The position numbers and the translations under genes are program-made. 64,000 nucleotides of DNA from an uncultured Candidatus Saccharibacteria bacterium (GTDB taxonomy: Bacteria; Patescibacteriota; Minisyncoccia; Phycocordibacterales; JAACPR01). The stretch covers positions 65,709-129,708 of the forward strand of contig CAZIEY010000002.1 in the NCBI GenBank assembly GCA_964538855.1, read 5' to 3'. The notes under the pieces are model-generated. The model had not been told where the DNA came from, searched no databases, and saw only the letters and a program-made list of their open reading frames with translations. Below are positions 54,135-63,527 of this stretch, piece after piece (position 1 is the first letter of the stretch; each line of letters begins with the position of its first letter).

Positions 54135-54884
54135 ATGAAAATCATTGTAAACAACATCGCCACCGAATACACGGATGAGGGCTCTGGCCCAGTCATTTTG
54201 TGTTTACATGGATGGAAGGACAGTTTGCGAACATTTGATGCGCTCGAGCCGGCATTGCTCCAAAAAGGCCGAGTCATCGCCGTTGATTTGCCGGGCTTTG
54301 GCGAAACGGGAAATCCACCCGAAGCGTGGCAGGTTGGTGATTATGTGCAATTCGTCGCGGACTTTTTGAAAAAATTGAATGTCGAGGCGGACGTGCTCAT
54401 TGGCCACTCGTTCGGCGGGCGTATCATCATCAAGGGGCTTGGTGAAGGGAAATTGCGAGCTCAGAAAATAGTTTTGATCGCTTCCGCTGGAATCGTTCCT
54501 GAGAAAACGTGGCGAAGCCGTCTCGTCGCGATTGTCTCGCGTGCCGCGGCCGTTTTCTTCCGCATCCCGCCATTTCATTTTCTTCGCAATAAAATGCGCG
54601 CGATTTTCTATAAAAAAATCGGTAGCGATTATTTGAATGCCGGCGCTCTCCAGGAAACTTTCCTAAAAATTATTGCCGAAGATCTCTCTGACTACGCGCG
54701 ACGCATCACTATTCCGACCTTGCTCATCTGGGGCAAGCACGACAAGGCGACTCCTCTCGCGACCGCTGAAAAATTGCACGCGCTCATCGCTGGGTCTCGT
54801 CTCGAAGTTTTTCCCGACGCTGCTCATTTTGTGCATCATGAAAAAGCGGTGGAAGTCGGAGGGTTGATCAGTCGATTTTTGTAG
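54135..54884 (+). CDS. Alpha/beta-fold hydrolase
   Basis: LHGWKDS, nucleophile elbow GHSFGG, and a C-terminal His in the catalytic triad region. Extended -10 tgctacaat upstream. Confidence 0.8.
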   Translation: MKIIVNNIATEYTDEGSGPVILCLHGWKDSLRTFDALEPALLQKGRVIAVDLPGFGETGNPPEAWQVGDYVQFVADFLKKLNVEADVLIGHSFGGRIIIKGLGEGKLRAQKIVLIASAGIVPEKTWRSRLVAIVSRAAAVFFRIPPFHFLRNKMRAIFYKKIGSDYLNAGALQETFLKIIAEDLSDYARRITIPTLLIWGKHDKATPLATAEKLHALIAGSRLEVFPDAAHFVHHEKAVEVGGLISRFL

Positions 54885-55000
54885 TTATTGACATCGCCGT
54901 TTTAAAAGGGTAATAATATATTTAGAAGGAGGTAAAATCTGGCGTGTGCTAGGTTACTTCCGCTCTTTTTGTTGGAACTTAACTGGAGGATAGACGAATC

Positions 55001-55339
55001 ATGTATGCAAGAACCGTGTTGCAAATAACCACTTGGCATGATGACTTGGAATTCGTTATTCGAGAGCACAAAGCCAAAGGAAAATTCGGTTATTGGATTT
55101 CGCGGGGACCAGGAGGCCATATGGGACTTTTGTCGACCACTAATGCCGATTACCCTGTGACTGAAGCCCATGCATTCGAAGAGATTTCGAAGTTGCTTGA
55201 AAAAGCGCTCGAAGTCGCGGCATTGTTCGATGAAGGTGGTGGCCTTATGACCCGTGCTACTGTTGATCGAATTCTCTCTGATCTCAGGATAGGGAGGGTC
55301 GCGTCGACTTACAAATACAAACAACCGGCGATGACCTGA
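55001..55339 (+). CDS. Hypothetical protein (112 aa); GC-rich
   Basis: SD ggagga upstream; no recognisable domain. Confidence 0.45.
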   Translation: MYARTVLQITTWHDDLEFVIREHKAKGKFGYWISRGPGGHMGLLSTTNADYPVTEAHAFEEISKLLEKALEVAALFDEGGGLMTRATVDRILSDLRIGRVASTYKYKQPAMT

Positions 55340-55443
55340 GAAACCGACGCCTTCTGAAGACCTCGAACACCAGTTGTTCGGGGTCTTGCTTCATTATGTA
55401 ACTACTATTTAACCTCACCACATTTTAGTGATAAACTATTGGT

Positions 55444-56922
55444 ATGTTGAAAAGCTTTTTTAAAAAATTCCTCTCGCAATTTCACTATCGATTTCCGCGT
55501 AGTATTATTTATATGTTGCAAGTGAGCGAGTATAACATTCGCGACTATGTGCAGTGGTTGGATCGTGTGCATCATTTTGGTCGAGTTGAAGTGCGCAAAA
55601 CTCTTGTGCCGACCGCAAAATCGAAATTGATGCGAATCAAATTATGGGCAATTATCGTGGCGCTTTTTGCGGGGTCGATTGCTGGGTTCGTGTTCGCCGA
55701 TACTTTTTTTGAGAACCTGATCGCAGTCGTCGTGTTTTTATTCACGCCGATTTTGTCCGCGTATGTGATGGTTATTCCGGTCTTTTTCTTTGCGCTTCTT
55801 GTGCAGAAACCGCATGAGTGGCATATGATTCGTCAGGCTACCAAAAAATTGGCTGGGCATAAAGGCTTCAAAATCGCAATCGCTGGCAGTTATGGCAAGA
55901 CTTCGATGCGCAACATGCTCGCAACTGTTTTGCGCGAGGCAAAAAATGTGGCGACGCAAGAAAAAAACTTTAACACGTTGGCCGGTATTAGCCGCTTCAT
56001 TACAAATCTGAAAGGTGATGAGGAAGTGATCATTTTCGAGCTCGGCGAATACATGCCTGGTGATATTGCAAAAATGTGCACGATTATTCGGCCGGACCTC
56101 GGTATTGTGACGGGGATTAACGAGGCGCACCTACATAATTTCAAGAATGTAAACGCAACGGCGCACGAAATTTTTACGCTTGCTGATTTTGTCCACGACA
56201 AGCCGCTTTATGTGAACGGAGAAAATACTCGCGCGCGGCAATTTGTGGCGCACATGAACTCAAAGAATTTGCACGAATATTCTCGAGAGGGAATCGCGGT
56301 CGCACATGTGGCTGGTGCGAATTTCACCGTGTCCGAAGCTGAAACGGATTTGGATGGGGTGCGTTTTACTATCACTTGTGACGATACGCCGATTCGAGCA
56401 GAATCAGGATTGCTCGGGCTTCATCAAATTGGGCCGTTGTCTGCGGCGATTAAAATTGCACATGATATGGGTTTGACTCGTGAGCAGATCGAAGCTGGCA
56501 TCACTAAAACGCGCGCGTTTGAACATCGTCTCGAACCTAAAATAAATTCAGTTGGAGTAATTACGCTCGATGACAGTTACAATGGCAATCCTGATGGAGT
56601 GGTTGCGGTGATTGATTTTTTGGCGAGTCTCCGCAACACACGCCGATTTTATGTAACACCTGGTCTTGTCGAAATGGGGAGTGCGAGCGAAGCGGTCCAC
56701 CGCATGATTGGTCAGAAATTGGCTCGGTCCGGAATTGAAAACGTGGTGCTCATTCAAAATTCTGCGACACCCGATATCGAATTCGGACTTCTCGAAAATA
56801 AATATCCGGGCAAAATTATTACATTCCCAAACGCATTCGCGGCATTTGCGGCACTCGAACATTTGACGACGACAGGTGATGTGGTGCTTTTGCAAAATGA
56901 TTGGCCGGACCAGTATGCGTAA
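55444..56922 (+). CDS. murF: MurF-like Mur ligase with an unusual N-terminal multi-TM domain
   Basis: IAGSYGKTSMRNM (compare MurF GSSGKTSVKEM), NTLAGI, and LDDSYNGNPDGV (compare MurF DDSYNAN). The first ~120 aa are hydrophobic helices instead of the usual MurF N-domain. Confidence 0.7.
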   Translation: MLKSFFKKFLSQFHYRFPRSIIYMLQVSEYNIRDYVQWLDRVHHFGRVEVRKTLVPTAKSKLMRIKLWAIIVALFAGSIAGFVFADTFFENLIAVVVFLFTPILSAYVMVIPVFFFALLVQKPHEWHMIRQATKKLAGHKGFKIAIAGSYGKTSMRNMLATVLREAKNVATQEKNFNTLAGISRFITNLKGDEEVIIFELGEYMPGDIAKMCTIIRPDLGIVTGINEAHLHNFKNVNATAHEIFTLADFVHDKPLYVNGENTRARQFVAHMNSKNLHEYSREGIAVAHVAGANFTVSEAETDLDGVRFTITCDDTPIRAESGLLGLHQIGPLSAAIKIAHDMGLTREQIEAGITKTRAFEHRLEPKINSVGVITLDDSYNGNPDGVVAVIDFLASLRNTRRFYVTPGLVEMGSASEAVHRMIGQKLARSGIENVVLIQNSATPDIEFGLLENKYPGKIITFPNAFAAFAALEHLTTTGDVVLLQNDWPDQYA

Positions 56923-56931
56923 ATAAAAAAA

Positions 56932-56970
56932 CCTGCGTCGCCGTACGCAGGAAGGCCGCCGGCCTTTTCT
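56932..56970 (+). terminator. Tandem-hairpin rho-independent terminator
   Basis: cctgcgtcgccgtacgcagg, then ggccgccggcc followed by ttttctt. Confidence 0.7.
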
Positions 56971-56979
56971 TACTTTCAT

Positions 56980-57408
56980 TCACCCTTCGGCTACCACAAC
57001 CGCGGGATTGGATTTGTCGGCCGTCGCCCAGTCGCTGGTCGTCGAGTGCCCAGTCTTCTCGACCTCTGCGACAATTCTGTCGATCTGGGCATAGGTCATG
57101 ATACTGCCCCTGTCTTTGTGAGCTCTCGGGATGTACCTGACCACTTTTCTTAGGAGTTTGCGAATAATCTTCGCCCCCTCCTTCGAATCCTGGATTTTCA
57201 ACGACTTTCTCGTCATGAAGATCTTTTCGGGTTTTGGCCCCGGATCGAGTCGCATGAGAATCCGAAGTTCGTTATCTCCTCCGTTATGTCGTTTTCCGAC
57301 GATAAACTCCAGGCGGAGAGGATTTTCCCAGATCAACCTCCTGCGAGTTTTGGGTATCTTCACATTGGGTATCTTAACAGTACGTTTTTTCACAAGACGC
57401 TTCTTCAC
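56980..57408 (-). CDS. Hypothetical highly basic protein (142 aa)
   Basis: Lys/Arg-rich ORF (MKKRLVKKRTVKIPNVKIPKTRRR...). Function unknown. Confidence 0.4.
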   Translation of the reverse strand: MKKRLVKKRTVKIPNVKIPKTRRRLIWENPLRLEFIVGKRHNGGDNELRILMRLDPGPKPEKIFMTRKSLKIQDSKEGAKIIRKLLRKVVRYIPRAHKDRGSIMTYAQIDRIVAEVEKTGHSTTSDWATADKSNPAVVVAEG

Positions 57409-57553
57409 GGCACATTCCTCCGTTTGAGCCTAAGGAACAGAACCCACCTGGCGCATGCCAAGTTTCGCTTCCTTCTAATGTACCTTTCTACCTAAAATTG
57501 CTAAATGTGTCAAACCTCGCGCCCATCTCGGAACTTGTGCTAAAATAAATCCC

Positions 57554-58891
57554 ATGAACACCACCCGTAAAACAGTCGCCGTTATTTTTGGAGGTCGCAG
57601 CGCCGAGCACGACGTTTCGATTATCACCGCACACAATCCAATTATCGAGTCGCTTCTCGCAACCAATTTGTACGAAGTTGTGCCAGTTTACATTTCCAAA
57701 AAAGGCGTGTGGTATTCCGATGTGGCAATGAACGATTTGGCTTTCTTCAAAAATCCGGCGTATGAACAAAATTTGGAAAAGACAAAACCAGTTTCAATTT
57801 CGGTGAATGGCGCTTTCGAATTAATTTGGCATGGACTACGCGACAAGCGCGTCAAAATCGATCTTGTGTTTCCTGCAATGCACGGAACATACGGCGAGGA
57901 CGGTTCGCTCATGGGATTGCTCCGTATGGCGAATGTGCCATTTGTGGGATGTGATTTGTTTGCATCGGCCGTTGCGATGGACAAAGTCTTGACCAAAGAC
58001 CTTGTGAAATCAAATGGTGTGCCAGTCGTGCCTCATGTGTGGTTTACCGCGTCTGATTGGGCTGATAAAACAAAACGCGTCGCTTTAAAAACAGAAATGA
58101 TGAAATTGATGAAGGTCGAGATTCCTGATCCTACTCCGACGCCAGCACCTGTGGTGGAACCGGTTGTAGAGGTTGCGCCAATGTCGGCGGGGGAAGTTTC
58201 TTTGGAAAATCCTGTTGCACCAGCACCAGCCCCCGCTCCTGTCGAAGCTCCAAAACCAATTTTCAAAATACGCCCGCTTTTCGTAAAGCCAGTGCACCTT
58301 GGCTCTTCGATCGGAATCACAAAGGTCAAAACTGAACGCGAATTGGACAACGCGATAGAAGTTGCGCTTCACTATGACGACAAGGTGCTTGTCGAACTTG
58401 GTGTTGAAAATTTGATCGAGGTCACTTTGCCGATGATCGGAAACGACGTCGTGGAATTTGCAGCAATCGAACGCCCTTTGAACAAAGGAGAATTTTTGGA
58501 TTACAATGAAAAATATTTAAAGGGTGGTAAAAAGGGTGGAGGAGTCAATAGTGGCGACCAACGAGAAATTCCCGCAAAAATTGACGATGAATTATCTGCG
58601 CGTGTTCGTGAAATCGGCGAGAAGACTTACAAGACACTTGGGTGTACTGGAATCGCTCGTGTTGACATGCTTATTGATTCAATGGCGCGTACTGTTTTCA
58701 TGAACGAAGTGAACACTTTGCCAGGCAGTCTCTATGCGCACAATTGGCGCCGAGTCGGGGTCTCAAATATCGACCTTATCACGAAACTAATCACATTTGC
58801 CGAGGCTCGCTTTGCAGCACAAAACAAAATTACACACACATTCAATTCTACAATTTTGCAAAAGTCAGGAGGTGGAAAAAAGCTGGGCTAG
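57554..58891 (+). CDS. D-alanine--D-alanine ligase family (paralog 2) with a ~60-aa Pro/Ala-rich insertion
   Basis: VAVIFGGRSAEHDVS, HGTYGEDGSLMGLL, and ATP-grasp C-terminal motifs. The insertion is IPDPTPTPAPVVEPVVEVAP...PAPAPAPVEAPKP. Confidence 0.8.
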   Translation: MNTTRKTVAVIFGGRSAEHDVSIITAHNPIIESLLATNLYEVVPVYISKKGVWYSDVAMNDLAFFKNPAYEQNLEKTKPVSISVNGAFELIWHGLRDKRVKIDLVFPAMHGTYGEDGSLMGLLRMANVPFVGCDLFASAVAMDKVLTKDLVKSNGVPVVPHVWFTASDWADKTKRVALKTEMMKLMKVEIPDPTPTPAPVVEPVVEVAPMSAGEVSLENPVAPAPAPAPVEAPKPIFKIRPLFVKPVHLGSSIGITKVKTERELDNAIEVALHYDDKVLVELGVENLIEVTLPMIGNDVVEFAAIERPLNKGEFLDYNEKYLKGGKKGGGVNSGDQREIPAKIDDELSARVREIGEKTYKTLGCTGIARVDMLIDSMARTVFMNEVNTLPGSLYAHNWRRVGVSNIDLITKLITFAEARFAAQNKITHTFNSTILQKSGGGKKLG

Positions 58892-59035
58892 GAACAATCC
58901 CTCTTGGTTCTATTGCGTGGTAACATAATATGTGCTATAGTATTTTCTGGTTTTTTCAGGGTTTCCAGATGTGACTGATGTCATGTCGCCCTTGTTCGTT
59001 GAATCGTTTGTTGGATTGTGAAGAAGGGGTTTTCA

Positions 59036-59304
59036 TGAGAATTTCCATTGATCGACGCGCTGGCTGTATTGTAGTTGAAGCCGACGCGAAGAGTAAGACC
59101 GAAACTGCAATTAGAATGATGGAAGATCTCCATCAGCATGGTCAACTCAAAGATGTGACCGAGATTAAGATCAGGGGCTTCGTACGAGCTGCGGCCGAAA
59201 GGGTGCTTCTTATCATCGCCCGAAGGGTTGCGTTTGTGCGGGAATACATCTACGATGATGCCGCTCAGGATTACCTCGTCTACGATGAGACTGAACCCGC
59301 TTAA
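59036..59304 (+). CDS. Hypothetical protein (89 aa); GC-rich
   Basis: Start chosen at MRISIDRRAG behind a weak purine-rich SD-like element (gaagaagggg). Confidence 0.4.
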
Positions 59305-59387
59305 CCGCGGCACCAAGACAATAAGACTTTTATTTAAATCTTCAACCACAAACGAAAAAATCGCGTGCCACATCAGCCGCGATTTTT

Positions 59388-59693
59388 TCAATTTATTCTC
59401 GCTTTTTCAAAAGCCTCGGTAAGAAAATTCGCGACATCCGAAAGTCCGGGTAAAAATCCCATTAATTTTAAAATCCAACCAGCGAGAATTACAAAAGCGG
59501 TTGCACCAACGATGATGCCAGCTCCGCGCAACATTCCTCCCCAAAACATATGACCCCAACCAAACATTTTTAAGCTTCGATCGATTGATTCGCGTAGTTT
59601 TACAACTTCCTCTGCCATGTTTGCACGTGGCGCAATAATATTTGATTTGTTATTAAGCTCTTCTTGAATTGATTCTAGTTCTGTGTCGGCCAT
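59388..59693 (-). CDS. Hypothetical small membrane protein
   Basis: 101 aa. Hydrophobic segment GAGIIVGATAFVILAGWILKLMGFL. Confidence 0.45.
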   Translation of the reverse strand: MADTELESIQEELNNKSNIIAPRANMAEEVVKLRESIDRSLKMFGWGHMFWGGMLRGAGIIVGATAFVILAGWILKLMGFLPGLSDVANFLTEAFEKARIN

Positions 59694-59966
59694 GGGAATA
59701 TTGTAACATTAAAAAAGTGCGGACGAAAAGATTCATCCGCAGCACGCTTATTGCCACACTGTCAAATATGTGCTATTGACAAATATATCACATATGATAT
59801 ATTTACCATAAGACAGAAAGTTCATTAAAAACTCAACCGGCCCATTCTCCTGTAGACGGCATTGTTGATTTAATGATGGTTTTTACTGGGGAGGGGGTAG
59901 GATGGCAATCAGGCTATCGCGAGCGCAGTCGAGCGCACGTCAAACCTTCTCGTAAAAATCAACCAT

Positions 59967-60146
59967 ATGAAGATTTTCCGGGTATTAGGAATCGCCTTGT
60001 TTATAGTCGTCCTACGCGCCCTCGCGCCGAGCCTCTGGCACGCGCTTGAGGGCACCCTCCTGACGTTCTTTGAGACACTGCAAAAACTGCTCGCGATGAG
60101 TACAAACTTTGCAGCGTCAGGACCAGGAATTTGGATACCTCAATAG
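59967..60146 (+). CDS. Candidate 59-aa hydrophobic small protein with its own promoter and terminator
   Basis: MKIFRVLGIALFIVVLRALAPSLWHALEGTLLTFFETLQKLLAMSTNFAASGPGIWIPQ. Promoter ttgaca-16-tatatt at 59776-59803 overlaps the palindrome gtcaaata-N5-tattgac. GC-rich 150-nt leader and no clear SD. Confidence 0.35.
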   Translation: MKIFRVLGIALFIVVLRALAPSLWHALEGTLLTFFETLQKLLAMSTNFAASGPGIWIPQ

Positions 60147-60159
60147 GGTGTCCACATGC

Positions 60160-60189
60160 AAAACCGCATCTATACAGGTGCGGTTTTTT
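60160..60189 (+). terminator. Rho-independent terminator
   Basis: aaaccgcatctatacaggtgcggtttttt. Confidence 0.7.
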
Positions 60190-60251
60190 GATTATGTAAT
60201 CACACTCGTTCTACTTTCAAAAAAGCGCCTTTGTGCTATACTCTTTTGCAT

Positions 60252-60335
60252 GCGCGGGTGGCGAAATTGGTAGACGCACTACCTTGAGGTGGTAACGCTC
60301 GCAAGGGCATGGAGGTTCGAGTCCTCTCTCGCGCA
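60252..60335 (+). tRNA. tRNA-Leu (anticodon GAG), type II; CCA not encoded
   Basis: GCGCGGG-TG-GCGAAATTGGTAGACGC-A-CTACC-TTGAGGT-GGTAA-[long variable arm]-GGAGG-TTCGAGT-CCTCT-CTCGCGC-A. Extended -10 tgctatact just upstream. Confidence 0.85.
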
Positions 60336-60493
60336 CATCAATGTGTCTGATTGACATATTACCTATAAATTGTGTAGTATTAGCCACGGCGTTATTGAAC
60401 CTTAACCCGAGCTGTCTTCGGACATCTCACACTGGCTTAATCAACCCGTGTCATTCAAAATCACCGATTGATTATCGGTTGTAGGAGAAGCAA

Positions 60494-61204
60494 ATGCATT
60501 CGGAACACCAGAAAACCTGGCGCGAGTTGTTAAACGGGCCGCGCGGGTGGGTCTTTGTTTGGTTGATGCTCATAATCGTTCTGTCCACAACGTGTGGCAG
60601 AACCGCAGAGGTGGAGGGTGGAGGATTTAACTTCACCGCGAGCGGCGAGCTGATCAATCTTCCAGCGTTCACACACGCGCATTTAACCCACCGAGGAGAT
60701 TCTTTCTTGCCGAATTCCCAGGCGTCTGGGTCGGCGGGGACGACCTCTGTTGGGGGATCGTGGGAGCCATTTTGTGCAATCGGGGTTGAATATCAACGAC
60801 CTTTGATTGCGGACAAGCTTCAGCTTTCTGTGGCTGGATCATTGATGCTCAGTGACGAGCGTGATCAGGTGCAGAATAAAAACGATTCGCGCCCTGCCTC
60901 TGAATCGGCCTATGTTTTTTCCTCCGCTGAATGCGGTGGAAATGCGCAAGTAGGCTTACTCTATAATCTGGCACCATCAATCGGTGTTGGAGTAGTGGGG
61001 CAACTCACTGTCATTAGTGAGAGATACGGATGGAACCGGTTCGGTGAGGATGAAACGAGTGGAAGGCAATTCCATCCGTTTATGTCCGTTGGACCAAAAG
61101 TCCATTGGGCGTTTTGCAAAACTCAGAGGCTAGAGTTTGCCGTACTTGCCGGCGAATTGACTAGTTTTCGGGTGATGTGGTTGCTTGAGGTGGGTGATCC
61201 GTAA
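60494..61204 (+). CDS. Hypothetical secreted/membrane protein (236 aa); GC-elevated
   Basis: N-terminal hydrophobic segment WVFVWLMLIIVLSTTCG. SD aggaga upstream. Structured ~105-nt 5' UTR with a GUC-UUCG-GAC hairpin. Confidence 0.5.
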   Translation: MHSEHQKTWRELLNGPRGWVFVWLMLIIVLSTTCGRTAEVEGGGFNFTASGELINLPAFTHAHLTHRGDSFLPNSQASGSAGTTSVGGSWEPFCAIGVEYQRPLIADKLQLSVAGSLMLSDERDQVQNKNDSRPASESAYVFSSAECGGNAQVGLLYNLAPSIGVGVVGQLTVISERYGWNRFGEDETSGRQFHPFMSVGPKVHWAFCKTQRLEFAVLAGELTSFRVMWLLEVGDP

Positions 61205-61231
61205 AGGAGGAGGCGGACCCTTTTTTTTGGG

Positions 61232-61266
61232 GAGGTGAATCGTGCGCACGATTCACCTCTTTTTTC
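61232..61266 (+). terminator. Rho-independent terminator (12-bp perfect stem)
   Basis: gaggtgaatcgtg-cgc-acgattcacctc followed by ttttttc. Confidence 0.8.
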
Positions 61267-61269
61267 AAT

Positions 61270-61875
61270 TTAATTAAGCGGATATTTTTTATATTCCTCC
61301 AATAATTGTTTCCCGTGAATGAGTCTTGAAAAAGCCTCGGCTTCGAGTCGCGCGCCATTAATTGCGATATGCGGTTTCGGTTCTTCTGGCAATCCTAAAT
61401 ATTTTAAGGTATCGTCGAGTCGTATCGACGGTTTCGTGTTGTTCATTGGGATCGGTATTCCTTTTTTCAAATGTTCGGCGTATGAAATGGAGTGGAGATC
61501 GATAAAATGACGCGGGAAGAAATATTCAATTTTGGCTCGCGCACATGCCGCTTGTAAATATTCGATGTCTTTGGAAATAAATTGACCCGCGATAATTTTC
61601 ATCGTGTTTTGACGTGCGACCCATGCGGCGAATCGCGCGACTAGTTCTGCTTCAGATTGTTTGCGCGGATCGGTCGCTTGCTCCATTGTGTAACCATTGA
61701 CGAACATTCCATCTTCGGTAAAAGTCGCACCGTCGAATGCACGACACTCTTCGTAAAATTGTTCAGTTGGGTTATCAAAATTAATTGCGCCAATGCTTAA
61801 AATGCTGCATGTGTCTGCGTCGAGCCCAGTTGCTTCTATGTCGGTAATTATCATGTGGTATATTGTAGCACTCAC
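61270..61875 (-). CDS. DEDDh 3'-5' exonuclease (DnaQ/epsilon-like)
   Basis: Exo I IITDIEATGLD and Exo III HIAINGARLEAEAF (H-x4-D). Confidence 0.7.
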   Translation of the reverse strand: MSATIYHMIITDIEATGLDADTCSILSIGAINFDNPTEQFYEECRAFDGATFTEDGMFVNGYTMEQATDPRKQSEAELVARFAAWVARQNTMKIIAGQFISKDIEYLQAACARAKIEYFFPRHFIDLHSISYAEHLKKGIPIPMNNTKPSIRLDDTLKYLGLPEEPKPHIAINGARLEAEAFSRLIHGKQLLEEYKKYPLN

Positions 61876-61957
61876 GCCATGTACTTAAAAATGAAAAAGA
61901 GCCCGCATATGTAAGAGGGAGGACTCTTTTTCATGGGGCTCGTTTTTACCAGAACCA

Positions 61958-62194
61958 CTAGTGGCTCTTGAAGGTGTTGATGGCACTCGCGACCAGAAGG
62001 GCACGGAGGTGGCCAGGAAAACGTCTTCCGATACACTCATCTTGTATCACCCGGGTAATTGCTTTTTGTTGGTCTACGGATATTTTCACACCCCAGTTCG
62101 TCGCAAGAATTATGGTTTCCAGAAACTCTTTAGTTTCATCACCTCGATATGATGGCTGGGTAAGCAAAGTCCGCAGAAACGTGCGTGCATTCAT
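61958..62194 (-). CDS. Hypothetical protein (78 aa)
   Basis: Strong SD aaggaga 7 nt upstream of the ATG. No recognisable motif. Confidence 0.4.
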   Translation of the reverse strand: MNARTFLRTLLTQPSYRGDETKEFLETIILATNWGVKISVDQQKAITRVIQDECIGRRFPGHLRALLVASAINTFKSH

Positions 62195-62315
62195 GAGATC
62201 TTCTCCTTGCGTTGGATTGGTTTTTCGAAAAGGTCATTCCTCCACGTCTTGAATTACAATACTCCAATGAAATTTAGTTTGCAAGACATGGTTATTTGAC
62301 TATTGTATTTATATG

Positions 62316-62388
62316 TGGACCGGAGAGGACTCGAACCCCCTACCTCCTCAGTGCAAGTGAGGCGCTCTACCAGGTGAGCTACCGGCCC
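62316..62388 (-). tRNA. tRNA-Ala (anticodon UGC); CCA not encoded
   Basis: Reverse complement GGGCCGG-TA-GCTCACCTGGTAGAGC-G-CCTCA-CTTGCAC-TGAGG-AGGTAGGGG-GTTCGAGTCC-TCT-CCGGTCC-A. The G3:U70 identity pair is present. Confidence 0.9.
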
Positions 62389-62478
62389 TTAATTAGGACT
62401 TTGATTATTCTACCTGCTTTGGCTAATAAATCAAGTCCAATATGCGATTTCGTTGGTATAATAAAAGCAACTGGGTCT

Positions 62479-63462
62479 ATGCGACGTACAAAATTACATC
62501 ACAAAATTCGGAATCATGTGGCGCGAAATTATGCTTTTTTCATATTCGTCTCTGTTTTTGCTGGTGTTTATCTATTGTCGAATTCGGTGCGTAGTGATAA
62601 GCCGGAAATTGTTTTCATTAAAGCTGCGAGCGAAGAGACTATCTTGCAAGAGTTAGACGACCGTGGATTTTTCAAAAACCGTCCGACATATTGGTTTGTT
62701 TCGGCTCTCGCTCGGTTCGACGAGAAAATTCAATCGGGCGGATATGTTGTGTCGCGAAACGCGAATGCAATTGCACTCTATTCAGAATTACGTGATCCGT
62801 CGTATCGATATGTGGCGATTCAGGAGGGTTTGCGCAAGGAAGAGATTGCTGAAAGATATGCCAAGGTGTTGGATTGGGATCCGGCAAAAACCGCCGAATT
62901 TCAAGCGAGTCCAAACGCCTGCCTCTATTCTGGTCGCGAAGGGAGACTTTATCCTGGAGAATATTTGGTTTCCAAGGATGTGAGTATTCAAAAAATTCAG
63001 GATGAAATGGAAAATAATTTTGCGAACGCTTTTTCGAGCGTAATTTCGACCGAGAAAGAAAAAACTCTCGACGAAGATCAGATTGTAATTGTCGCCTCGC
63101 TCATTCAACGCGAGGCGGCCGGCGCGCACGATATGCGTCTCATTTCTGGCATCATTTGGAATCGCATTTTTGCAGGTATGCCGCTACAACTGGACGCGAC
63201 GTTGCAATATGCAAAAGGGGACGATGGCAAATGGTGGCCTCAGGTGAAATCCGAGGATAAATTTCTAGATTCGCCGTTCAACACGTATCAAAACGCGGGG
63301 CTTCCGCCGGCACCAATCGCAAATCCTGGCAAAGCGGCGCTCGATGCGGCTGCAAACCCGATCAAAACCGATTGTCTCTTTTACTTGCATGATCGCAACC
63401 GCACAATTCATTGTTCGCCGACCTATGAAGGGCATTTGCTGAATATTAAAAATTATTTGTAA
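62479..63462 (+). CDS. mltG: Endolytic murein transglycosylase MltG (YceG-like)
   Basis: The start was moved to MRRTKLHH because the track ORF overlaps the tRNA-Ala. N-terminal TM and the YceG signature NTYQNAGLPPAPIANPGKAALDAAANP. Confidence 0.8.
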   Translation: MRRTKLHHKIRNHVARNYAFFIFVSVFAGVYLLSNSVRSDKPEIVFIKAASEETILQELDDRGFFKNRPTYWFVSALARFDEKIQSGGYVVSRNANAIALYSELRDPSYRYVAIQEGLRKEEIAERYAKVLDWDPAKTAEFQASPNACLYSGREGRLYPGEYLVSKDVSIQKIQDEMENNFANAFSSVISTEKEKTLDEDQIVIVASLIQREAAGAHDMRLISGIIWNRIFAGMPLQLDATLQYAKGDDGKWWPQVKSEDKFLDSPFNTYQNAGLPPAPIANPGKAALDAAANPIKTDCLFYLHDRNRTIHCSPTYEGHLLNIKNYL

Positions 63463-63527
63463 GGAGTTGCGGTACGCTGTGATTTTTGATAAGAAATAGA
63501 GCGGACCACAACCATAAGGAGGTTTTC

